Source: a virus (taxonomy: Duplodnaviria; Caudoviricetes). From it: a DNA stretch of 24,132 bases. Below, piece after piece: positions 7,810-15,489 of the stretch; positions within the stretch are counted from its first letter, which is position 1; the number at the start of each line of letters is the position of its first letter. The translations under genes and the position numbers were made by a program. The stretch lies in the IMG/VR virus record IMGVR_UViG_3300005332_000012, positions 1 through 24,132 of that record, one strand, 5' to 3'. Under the pieces are notes generated by a model that was not told the DNA's origin, did no database searches, and saw only the letters and a list, made by a program, of their open reading frames with translations.

Positions 7810-8121
7810 TGGCAAAAGTGCGCGCGCCGTTCAGCGCAGAGCAGGTCGCTAGCCTGAACGCCTACCAGGCTAGCGGCGCGTTCCATGAGTTCACCTGCGG
7901 CAACGACCTCTGCCCGGGAGTCGACGGCGAGCATGCGGTCCTCGTGGCCCAAGAGGATGGCTGGCGCTGCCCGGCCTGCCCGTACACCCAGGGCTGGGCG
8001 CACGAGTTCATGGCAGACGGGTCGTGGAGGGGCTTCGCGGGCATCACGGTGCGCGTCGATGGCGGAGCACCGGTCAAGGGCGAGCATGGCGCCCGCAACG
8101 AGCCGGGCGGCTCGTGATGGC
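7797..8121 (+). repeat. 17-bp direct repeat GGGCGGCTCGTGATGGC at two consecutive gene junctions
   Basis: Identical copies at 7797-7813 and 8105-8121; partial copy GCGGCTCGTGAT at 7761-7772. Confidence 0.85.
7809..8117 (+). CDS. Hypothetical zinc-binding phage protein
   Basis: TGATG coupling; LNAYQ...HEFTCG...GWRCPACPYTQGWAH. Confidence 0.75.
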   Translation: MAKVRAPFSAEQVASLNAYQASGAFHEFTCGNDLCPGVDGEHAVLVAQEDGWRCPACPYTQGWAHEFMADGSWRGFAGITVRVDGGAPVKGEHGARNEPGGS

Positions 8122-8266
8122 GTGGGGAGACGGCAAGCCCAGGCCCGGCCGCGTCCTGAAGGCCGCCATCGGCGAGGACACGTGCCACGCGTGCCTCAAC
8201 CCGAAGCGCTCCCGGCTGCACCGGGAGCTGTGCGTCGTCACCGGCGCGCCGAAGGAGGCGGCGTGA
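8117..8266 (+). CDS. Small zinc-binding protein (49 aa)
   Basis: TGATG coupling; CHAC...H...C. Confidence 0.6.
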   Translation: MAWGDGKPRPGRVLKAAIGEDTCHACLNPKRSRLHRELCVVTGAPKEAA

Positions 8267-8385
8267 CCTGCTGCGACACCTGCCCGTACAGCCCGACGTG
8301 CGAGGAGGAGGACCAGTTCCTCGCCGACATCGGCCTAGCGCCCCAGTGGGGCGAGGAATACGACGATGAGGAGGAGGCGCCGTGA
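8263..8385 (+). CDS. Small acidic Cys-containing protein (40 aa)
   Basis: AAGGAGG SD and GTGA overlap; CCDTCPYSPTC. Confidence 0.6.
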   Translation: MTCCDTCPYSPTCEEEDQFLADIGLAPQWGEEYDDEEEAP

Positions 8386-8495
8386 CCGAGCTGCTGGTCC
8401 TCGCCGCCCTGGCCATCGGCTATGCCCTGAACCACTACGTCACCATGCTGCGCGAGGCGCTGAGCGACCGGCGCGCCACCCGGGAGGAACGGTGA
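8382..8495 (+). CDS. Small membrane protein (37 aa, absent from the ORF track)
   Basis: GAGGAGG SD and GTGA overlaps at both ends; MTELLVLAALAIGYALNHYVTMLREALSDRRATREER. Confidence 0.65.
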   Translation: MTELLVLAALAIGYALNHYVTMLREALSDRRATREER

Positions 8496-8842
8496 ACATC
8501 GAGCGCGACGTCATCGAATGGCTGCACCACCGCCACCACGACCCCGGCGCGCCGCAGCAGGACGCGCCGGCAATGCCCCACAATGGAACCCAGGAGGAAC
8601 ACATGTCCATCGCCAGCGACGCCCGCCAGGCATTCGAGACCGCCGTCAGCTTCTACGAGCGCCACTCCGGCAACCCCGTCCTGCTCAGCCTCGAGGGCCT
8701 CGGCCTCACCGAGCTGCACCTGTCCCCCGCCGAGGTCCAGGCCGTCACCGGCATCATCAGCTCGCTCGAGGCGTCGCACGCAGCCCCGGTGCCGTCGTTC
8801 CTGCCGGCGCCCGCCGGGCCGCAGGTCGGCGGCCAGGCGTAA
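8492..8842 (+). CDS. Hypothetical protein (alternative in-frame start at ATG 8603)
   Basis: GTGA overlap with a GGAGG SD; a second strong AGGAGG SD precedes ATG 8603. Confidence 0.65.
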   Translation: MNIERDVIEWLHHRHHDPGAPQQDAPAMPHNGTQEEHMSIASDARQAFETAVSFYERHSGNPVLLSLEGLGLTELHLSPAEVQAVTGIISSLEASHAAPVPSFLPAPAGPQVGGQA

Positions 8843-8867
8843 CGTCCGCCAACGAGGAACGTCTGAC

Positions 8868-9386
8868 ATGGCCAGGCCCACGAACGAGGCGCGCGTCCTG
8901 ATCGCGCAGCGCCGCACGCGGGTCCTGGCCATGCGCATCGAGAACGTCCCCTACGAGCAGATCGCCGCCGCCCTCAACATCAGCGAGGCCGTCGCCGAGA
9001 AGGACTACCAGCGGGCACGCGACGAGGCGGCAGCCCAGCTCGACGCGACGACCGCGAAGGCGCGCGAGCTGGAGCTGCTGCGGCTCGCCGCGATGGAGCG
9101 CGAGGCGTGGGCCGTCCTGCGTCGCAGGCACATCGTCATCCAGCAGGGCAAGGTCGTCCGCGACGAGGACGACAACACGATCGAGGACGACGCGCCCGTC
9201 TTGCAGGCCATCGACCGGCTGGAGCGCATCAGCGCCCGCCGCGCCCGCATGCTCGGCCTGGACGCCCCGGCCAAGGTGGAGGTGAGCGGGGAAGTTGACG
9301 ACGCGATCGCCGCTCTTGCCTCCCGGCTGGGAGCAGTGGAACCTGGCGGAGAAGCGCAAGCTGCTGGAGACGCTGCAGCGGGCTGA
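8868..9386 (+). CDS. terS: Terminase small subunit
   Basis: N-terminal HTH (RRTRVLAMR...YEQIAAALNIS) and the AIDRLERISARRARMLGLDAP motif; immediately upstream of and overlapping TerL. Confidence 0.85.
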   Translation: MARPTNEARVLIAQRRTRVLAMRIENVPYEQIAAALNISEAVAEKDYQRARDEAAAQLDATTAKARELELLRLAAMEREAWAVLRRRHIVIQQGKVVRDEDDNTIEDDAPVLQAIDRLERISARRARMLGLDAPAKVEVSGEVDDAIAALASRLGAVEPGGEAQAAGDAAAG

Positions 9387-10797
9387 GAGCCAGCGTGCGC
9401 CCCGTGACCCGGCCGGGTGGGCGCGCTACCGGGGCCTGCACTTCTGGTCCGCGCAGCGCGCCATCGCGGCCAGCGTCGCGGCGAGCAAGCGGACCGCCGT
9501 CCGGGCCGCGCACGGCGTCGGCAAGAGCTTCACCGCGGCGGCGCTGGCCGCATGGTGGGTGGACACGCACCCCGGCGGCCTCGTCGTCTCCTCGGCGCCG
9601 TCCGCCCACCAGGTGCACGGCATCCTGTGGGAGGAGATCCGCGGCCTGCACGCCCGGCTGTCCCTGCCTGGCCGCGTGCTGCTGAACGACACGTGGATGC
9701 TCGGCGGCAGCCAGGCCGGGTTCGGCCGCAAGCCCCCCGACGCCGCCGCGGGCTCGGATTTCGACCCCAGCACGTTCCAGGGCTACCACAGGACCGGCGG
9801 CGTGCTCGTCATCCTCGACGAGGCGGGCGGCCTGCCCGAATGGCTGTGGACGGCCGCGGAGAACATCACCACGACGGACAACAGCCGTATCCTGGCGATC
9901 GGCAACCCGGACAACTCCGGCTCGCACTTCGCGGAGGCGTGCGCGCCGGGCGCGAAGGGCTGGGCGCAGTTCCGCATCAGCGCGTTCGACTCGCCGAACT
10001 TCACGGGCGAGCCGGTGCCGGCCGAGGTGTCGGCGGCGCTGGTGACCAGGAACTGGCAGCTGGACCGCCTCGACGACTGGGGCGAGGGCAGCCCGCTGTA
10101 CGTGTCGAAGGTGCTGGCGGAGTTCCCCGCGGACAACCCGCAGCAGGTCGTGCCGACTGGGGCGCTGGCGACGTGCCGGATACCGGAGCCGCGGGCGGCG
10201 TCGGAGCTGGTGCCGGTGGAGCTGGGCGTCGACGTCGGCGGCGGGTCGGACCTGACGGTGGCGCGGGAGCGGCGCGGCGTCCGCGCGGGCCGCAGGTGGG
10301 CGGTCCGCACGTCCGACCCGGAGGCGGCGGCCCGGATGATCCGCGACGCGATCAACGAGTGCGGGGCGACGTCGGTGAAGGTCGACGCGACGGGCGTCGG
10401 CTGGGGCATCGTCGGCCTGCTGCGGGACTGGGGCAGGCGCGGCGACCACCAGGCGCAGGTGCACGCGGTCATGGTCGGGCAGGCCAGCAGCGAGCCGCTG
10501 AAGTACGCCAACCTGCGGGCGGAGCTGTGGTTCGTGATCGGGCGGCAGGGCAGCCAGCGGGGAGAGTGGGACCTGTCCGCGATGGAGGCGGCCGACACGG
10601 CGGCCGGGGAACTGCTGCTGCCGCGCTGGCACCCGGACGCCAAGGGGCGCGTCGTCATCGAGGCGAAGGACGACATCAGGGCGCGGACGGGCGGCAAGTC
10701 CCCGGACGACGCCGATGCCCTGCTGCTCGCCTATTTCGTCCCTCGCGACGCGCAAGGCTCGTACTGGCAGGCGCTGCAGGCTGGCAAGCTCCGGTGA
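9295..10797 (+). CDS. terL: Terminase large subunit
   Basis: Walker A AAHGVGKS, Walker B VILDEAG, coupling motif IGNP; RNase H-like nuclease acidic motifs GVDVG, VDATGVG and SPDDADA. Confidence 0.95.
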   Translation: MTTRSPLLPPGWEQWNLAEKRKLLETLQRAESQRAPRDPAGWARYRGLHFWSAQRAIAASVAASKRTAVRAAHGVGKSFTAAALAAWWVDTHPGGLVVSSAPSAHQVHGILWEEIRGLHARLSLPGRVLLNDTWMLGGSQAGFGRKPPDAAAGSDFDPSTFQGYHRTGGVLVILDEAGGLPEWLWTAAENITTTDNSRILAIGNPDNSGSHFAEACAPGAKGWAQFRISAFDSPNFTGEPVPAEVSAALVTRNWQLDRLDDWGEGSPLYVSKVLAEFPADNPQQVVPTGALATCRIPEPRAASELVPVELGVDVGGGSDLTVARERRGVRAGRRWAVRTSDPEAAARMIRDAINECGATSVKVDATGVGWGIVGLLRDWGRRGDHQAQVHAVMVGQASSEPLKYANLRAELWFVIGRQGSQRGEWDLSAMEAADTAAGELLLPRWHPDAKGRVVIEAKDDIRARTGGKSPDDADALLLAYFVPRDAQGSYWQALQAGKLR

Positions 10798-10798
10798 T

Positions 10799-10852
10799 GG
10801 TTATTCACGCCAGTGATGTCCCATACTGGGAGCATCACCCGGAGCGATAACC
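10799..10852 (+). promoter_or_regulatory. Long imperfect inverted repeat between terL and portal
   Basis: GGTTAT/ATAACC outer arms; GTGATG-TCCCA / TGGGA-G-CATCAC inner arms around a TAC loop; lower GC than the flanks; ends just before the portal AGGAG SD. Confidence 0.55.
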
Positions 10853-10864
10853 CCAGGAGTGCCT

Positions 10865-12763
10865 GTGAGCCGTCGCGCCGCCCGTAGCCGAGGGCGCCAG
10901 CGCGCGGCGAAGGCCGTCCCGCCCTCAGCCGGCGGCGGCGCCACGTTCACCGCCGACCAGGTCACCGCGATGATGACGGCCCAGCGGCAGCTCAGCAGCG
11001 GCAACAGCCGCGCGACCCCGCTGGCCACGTCGCCGCTGTGGGAGACCGCCCCGTTCGGCCCCGGCCGCAGGCTCATCCCCGCGCCGATCAACGTGCCCCG
11101 GGCCGACACCGGCCGCGCCGAGCCGCGCCTGTGGGAGTTCCCCGTCTCGTGGAACCTGCAGATCGACGACCGCTGGCACGTCCCGTGGCACGTTTTGCAA
11201 AGAGCCGCTGATATGCCACTTTTTAGAAAATGTATTGAAAGGCGCAAGAACGTCTGCCAGCTGGACTTCGCGGTCACCGTCGACCCGCGCGCCGTCGCGG
11301 CGGAAGTGGCGGCGTCCGGCGCGGCCAAGCAGGACGTGGAGTCGGCGCTGCGGAAGAAGTACATCTCCGAGATAGCCAGGATCAGCGACTGGCTGCAGGT
11401 CCCGGACCGGAAGAATGACCTGGACTGGCCGGGGTGGACGTCGCTGCTGATGGAGAACCGCCTGAAGTTCGATGCGGCGGTCGTCTACCCGCGGCGCACC
11501 TACGGCGGTGACCTGTACAGCTTCGAGGTCATCGACGGGAAGACGATCAAGCCGCTGATCGACGAGTACGGCGGCCGTCCCCTGCCCCCTTTGCCAGCGT
11601 TCCAGCAGGTGCTGTTCGGCTTCCCCAGGGGCGAGTTCACGGCGCCGACGGACGGCCCGGACGGCAGGCCCGTCGACGGCGGCTTCCCGTCTGACCAGCT
11701 GTACTACGAGCGCAGCATCTACCGCAGCGAGTCGCCCTACGGCATGTCGCCGACCGAGATCGCCCTGTTCGATGGCTTGCTGTGGATGCGGCGCATGGGC
11801 TGGATGATGAGCGAGTACACCGAGGGGGTAGCGCCGACGGGGCTGCTGGAGACCAGCCCGGAGACGGAGTGGACGCCGAGGCAGTGGGAGGACTGGGCGC
11901 GGGCGCTGAACGACCACCTGTCCGGGAACACGGCCGAGCGGCACCGCTGGCCGCTGATGCCGCCGGGCGTCAAGTTCATCCAGGGCGAGGAGCCCGACGC
12001 GAAGTACCACCCCGACTACGACCTGTTCCTCATCAAGCTCATCGCCGGGGACTTCGGCCTGCCCGCGTCGGAGGTGGGCTTCACGGAGGCGGGCGCCCTG
12101 GGCGCGAGCTTCCATGAGGGCGAGGAGGACATCCTCGAGCGCGCCACCCGCAAGCCCGACCGGGACTGGCTCGGCAGGTACGCGACGAAGCTGTGCCGCC
12201 GCGAGCTGGGGATGCCGGCGGCGCTGCAGGTCGAGGTGCTCGGCCTGGAGTGGGAGGACGAGGCGGCGGCGGACGCGATCGCCGACCAGCGGGTGCGCGG
12301 CGGCCGGGCGACGCTGAACGAGGACCGCGCGAAGCGGGGCGAGCCGCCGTACAACTTCGCCGCGGCGGACATGCCGATGCTGATCACGCCGCGGGGCATC
12401 GTGTTCATCGAGGGCGCGGAGAAGGCGGCGCCGCCGGGGGAGCTGATCGGCCCCGTGCAGGCGCCGAAGGAGGGCGAGCCGCCGGAGGGCCAGCAGGCTG
12501 ACGCGGGCAGCGAGGGCGGCGGCCAGGACGGCGAGGGGGAGCCGCAGCCGAAGGCCCCGCCCGCGTCCAAGAGCGGCGAGCTGGCCGCATTGCGGAAGTG
12601 GCTGGCTCGCCACCCGTCGGCGTCGCGCCCGTTCGCGTGCCAGGCGCTGACGGCGGCGGACGCCCCGCAGTACGCGGATGACCCGCGCGTCCTGCTGAAG
12701 GACGGCCCGGGAAAAGCGCTCGCCGGGACTGGCCCGGCTGGCAGAGGGACCTGGACCTCGTGA
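10865..12763 (+). CDS. Portal protein
   Basis: Position after TerL; motifs IDGKTIKPLID, YGMSPTE, YTEGVAP and TLNEDR...G-PP typical of phage portals. GTG 10865 is chosen for SD spacing (track start 10859). Confidence 0.92.
   Translation: MSRRAARSRGRQRAAKAVPPSAGGGATFTADQVTAMMTAQRQLSSGNSRATPLATSPLWETAPFGPGRRLIPAPINVPRADTGRAEPRLWEFPVSWNLQIDDRWHVPWHVLQRAADMPLFRKCIERRKNVCQLDFAVTVDPRAVAAEVAASGAAKQDVESALRKKYISEIARISDWLQVPDRKNDLDWPGWTSLLMENRLKFDAAVVYPRRTYGGDLYSFEVIDGKTIKPLIDEYGGRPLPPLPAFQQVLFGFPRGEFTAPTDGPDGRPVDGGFPSDQLYYERSIYRSESPYGMSPTEIALFDGLLWMRRMGWMMSEYTEGVAPTGLLETSPETEWTPRQWEDWARALNDHLSGNTAERHRWPLMPPGVKFIQGEEPDAKYHPDYDLFLIKLIAGDFGLPASEVGFTEAGALGASFHEGEEDILERATRKPDRDWLGRYATKLCRRELGMPAALQVEVLGLEWEDEAAADAIADQRVRGGRATLNEDRAKRGEPPYNFAAADMPMLITPRGIVFIEGAEKAAPPGELIGPVQAPKEGEPPEGQQADAGSEGGGQDGEGEPQPKAPPASKSGELAALRKWLARHPSASRPFACQALTAADAPQYADDPRVLLKDGPGKALAGTGPAGRGTWTS
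12709..12742 (+). promoter_or_regulatory. Candidate -1 programmed frameshift signal (portal to MuF-like fusion)
   Basis: In-frame G GGA AAA heptamer at 12709-12715, 6-nt spacer, hairpin GCCGGG-ACTGG-CCCGGC at 12722-12738. The -1 frame is open into 12760..13506. Confidence 0.75.
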
Positions 12764-13506
12764 GCATCTACGCGGCCGAGGTCCGCCGTGCAGTCGCGGG
12801 ATCCGTCGACGCGCAGAAGCTCGCTGAGGCGTGGCAGGCGCTGCACCCTAAGGACGTGTCGAAGGCGGTCCCGGCGGCGCTCTCCGCCTTTCTCAGCCGC
12901 GCCGCGCGGGCGATCATGGGTGCGCTCGGCCCGGTGATGACGCGGCTGCTGACGGAGGCGTGGGTGCTCGGCAACCGCTCCGCCCTCGCCGCCATGGAGA
13001 ACCTGAACCCGGACTGGGGGAACTGGACTCCGGGCGACTACGCGGCGGCGGCGCAGATCGCGGGGCCGGGGCTGCGGCAGCTGCTCGGCGAGGCCGGGAT
13101 CCGCATCAAGAGCATCACGGACTCGCGGCTGGAGGAGCTGTCGGCGGTGCTGGAGGCGACGCTGCGGTCCGACGCGATCCTGCGGACGCCGGGGACTGAG
13201 CCGCTGCCGCCGTTCCTGTCCGTCGGCGATCTCGCCGGGCGGCTGCGGACGGTGCTGGACAATCCCGATCGCGCCGAGCTGGTCGCCCAGGCGGAGATCG
13301 CCCGCGCGCAGGCGACGGCCGCCCGGCAGGCGTACGCGGAGTCCGGCCGGACTGAGGTCGAGGTGTCGACGGCGGCCGATGACCGCGTGTGCCCCGTGTG
13401 CGAGGCGGCGGAGAAGCTCGGCCCGCACCCCATCGGGCAGCCGCCGATGGTGCCGCTGCACCCGCGCTGCCGGTGCGCTGAGCTGCCCGTGCTGGAGATG
13501 GCATGA
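12760..13506 (+). CDS. Head morphogenesis protein, MuF / SPP1 gp7-like (coding probably extends up to about 12715)
   Basis: RAELVAQAEIARA...DDRVCPVC...PLHPRCRC C-terminal signature; follows portal. Confidence 0.88.
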   Translation: MSIYAAEVRRAVAGSVDAQKLAEAWQALHPKDVSKAVPAALSAFLSRAARAIMGALGPVMTRLLTEAWVLGNRSALAAMENLNPDWGNWTPGDYAAAAQIAGPGLRQLLGEAGIRIKSITDSRLEELSAVLEATLRSDAILRTPGTEPLPPFLSVGDLAGRLRTVLDNPDRAELVAQAEIARAQATAARQAYAESGRTEVEVSTAADDRVCPVCEAAEKLGPHPIGQPPMVPLHPRCRCAELPVLEMA

Positions 13507-13799
13507 GCTGGCTTCCGCACCTGCTTGGCATCGACAACGAGGCGGGCCGCTGGTACGCGTTCTGGTCAGGTCCCGGCTCGGACGTCGGCGAGCTGGCCAT
13601 CATCGGCGCCATCTACGGCGCCTACCGCAAGCACGCCTGCCATGAGCACCGCTGCTGGCGCCTCGGCCGCCACCCGGTCGCCGGGACGCCGTACGTGGCC
13701 TGCAGGAAGCACCACCCGGGCGTGCCCGACAAGGCGCGGCGGGGCGACATCGCAAGGGCGCAGGAGAAGGCGAGGGGCCAGTGGCCAGGACAACCGTAA
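13503..13799 (+). CDS. Small membrane protein with Cys/His C-terminus
   Basis: ATGA overlap and GGAG SD; hydrophobic LAIIGAIYGAY; HACHEHRC...CRKHHP. Confidence 0.7.
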   Translation: MSWLPHLLGIDNEAGRWYAFWSGPGSDVGELAIIGAIYGAYRKHACHEHRCWRLGRHPVAGTPYVACRKHHPGVPDKARRGDIARAQEKARGQWPGQP

Positions 13800-14287
13800 C
13801 GCCGGACGGCACCGTCACCGTCGACACCGGCGGCAGCGCGGCCAAGGCGACATGGGACGGGGAGAGCGTCGCCGGGGTGCTGGTCAAGGCCAGCGACGAG
13901 CGCCGCTACACGCTCACCGTCGCCTACCCCGCCGACCGGGCGGACGTTGCCGTCGCGGCGGATGGCCACCGGGATTTCGCGAGCAAGGCGGCCGTCGAGG
14001 ACGCCGCCTGGTCCTACCTGGTCAAGTCCCCGCAGGTGGGGCTGTGGCACGCTGACGGCACCGACGGGGCCGGGGCGGTCGTGGAGTCCTACGTCTACCG
14101 GGGGCCGGACTGGCAGCCGGACGGCAGCGGCTACGTCGTCAAGGCGGGCGACTGGCTGCTCGGGATCGTGTGGGAGCCGGAGGCGTGGGAGCACGTCAAG
14201 GCGGGTCGCATCGGCGGCGTGTCGATGCAGGGATCGGCGCGGCGGCGCACGCCGACCGCTGAGGCAATCGCGGCACTGAGGGAGTAA
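13781..14287 (+). CDS. XkdF-like prohead (capsid maturation) serine protease domain
   Basis: RYTLTVAYP...DGHRDF...VGLWH...VVESY...VKAGDWLLG...WEHVKAGRIGGVSMQG, with candidate catalytic His (LWH) and Ser (GVS). Confidence 0.85.
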   Translation: MARTTVTPDGTVTVDTGGSAAKATWDGESVAGVLVKASDERRYTLTVAYPADRADVAVAADGHRDFASKAAVEDAAWSYLVKSPQVGLWHADGTDGAGAVVESYVYRGPDWQPDGSGYVVKAGDWLLGIVWEPEAWEHVKAGRIGGVSMQGSARRRTPTAEAIAALRE

Positions 14288-14289
14288 CC

Positions 14290-15489
14290 GTGGACGTCGC
14301 CATCACCGAGCTGGAGAAGATCGAGGCGACCCGCGTCGACGGCGTCGCGGAGCCCGCCAACGGGATACCGATCCTGCTGCTGAAGAGCGTCGCCAAGGCG
14401 GACGGCATGGGCCACCCGCCGATGACGGGCACGCACAGCCACTCCCACCCCGCCTTTGACGGCCCGGACGGCGACGGGGACGGGCAGCACGGCCACGAGC
14501 ATGACCACGACGGCGACGCTGACCACCACCACCCGCACGCGGCGAAGGCCGCCGTGTTCGACCGTGACGCGGCCCTGGCGGCGGTCAAGGCGATCGTCGG
14601 CCGGAAGGTGGACGAGTCGCCGGACATCGCCGGGGGCACGGCGGTGCTCTCGCAGATCGCCGACCTGATCATCGCCGAGGCGCAGGAGCTGAAGTCGGGG
14701 CAGGCGGGGGAGATCGCCGACATCCAGCAGCTGGCGTGCGCGGCGGAGATGATCTGGTGCTGGCGGACGGGCGAGGAGTCGGTCGCGTCCGGGTCGGTGA
14801 TGCCGGCGACGGCGCTCATGCAGTCGGCGGCATGGGACAGCGACGACCCGGCGGAGATCGCCAAGGCGTTCCGCGCGCTGGGGAGGTCGCTAGGGCTGCC
14901 CGGCATCGACGCCAAGGCTGACGCGATCGCGAAGGCGGACCTCTCCGCGGCCGGGCGGCGGAAGTCGGCCGATGCCGGGCACGCGCTGCCGGACGGCAGC
15001 TACCCGATCGAGAACGAGCACGACCTGCACAGCGCCGCCGTCCTCGCCCGCAGCGGGCACGGCGACGTCGCGGCGGCCAGGCGGCTGATCGCACGGCGAG
15101 CGAAGGAGCTGAGAGTGAGCAACCCCCTTGACAGCGACGACGACACGAGCAAGGGCCAGTTGGCAGGAGAGGGCACCAGCATGGATACTGTGGTCAAGGG
15201 AAGCGACGACCTGGCTAAGGCCGTCGCGGACGCTGTCACGAAGGCCGTTGCCCCGCTAGAGGAGCGCCTGGAGGCGCTCGGCGGAGAGCTGGCGAAGGTG
15301 AAGGCGACACCGGTACCCGGCGGGCCAGCGCAGTCCGCCGCCGGCAGGCAGCCAACTGCCGCCGACGGCACGCGCGCCGCCAAGGCCGCCTACTACGACC
15401 AGTGGGCAGAGCTCGTCTCTGACCCCAAGGTGGCCGACGACTACCGCAAGCTCGCCGCCCAGGAACGGGCGCAGGTCACCGCACCGTGA
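14290..15489 (+). CDS. Capsid scaffolding / maturation protein
   Basis: Lies between protease and capsid; N-terminal RVDGVAEPAN, His-rich tract, ALPDGSYPI module, Ala/Lys-rich coiled C-terminus with PVPGGP. Confidence 0.75.
   Translation: MDVAITELEKIEATRVDGVAEPANGIPILLLKSVAKADGMGHPPMTGTHSHSHPAFDGPDGDGDGQHGHEHDHDGDADHHHPHAAKAAVFDRDAALAAVKAIVGRKVDESPDIAGGTAVLSQIADLIIAEAQELKSGQAGEIADIQQLACAAEMIWCWRTGEESVASGSVMPATALMQSAAWDSDDPAEIAKAFRALGRSLGLPGIDAKADAIAKADLSAAGRRKSADAGHALPDGSYPIENEHDLHSAAVLARSGHGDVAAARRLIARRAKELRVSNPLDSDDDTSKGQLAGEGTSMDTVVKGSDDLAKAVADAVTKAVAPLEERLEALGGELAKVKATPVPGGPAQSAAGRQPTAADGTRAAKAAYYDQWAELVSDPKVADDYRKLAAQERAQVTAP

Noticed and set aside
9295-9386. 92-nt terS/terL overlap as a recoding event
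   Set aside because: Such overlaps are common for terminase genes; terL has a plausible TTG start with purine-rich upstream sequence and no phased heptamer.
11192-11260. A specific sigma70-type promoter within the AT patch
   Set aside because: TTGCAA (+) and TACATT (-) occur, but neither has a properly spaced partner hexamer, so no promoter was called.
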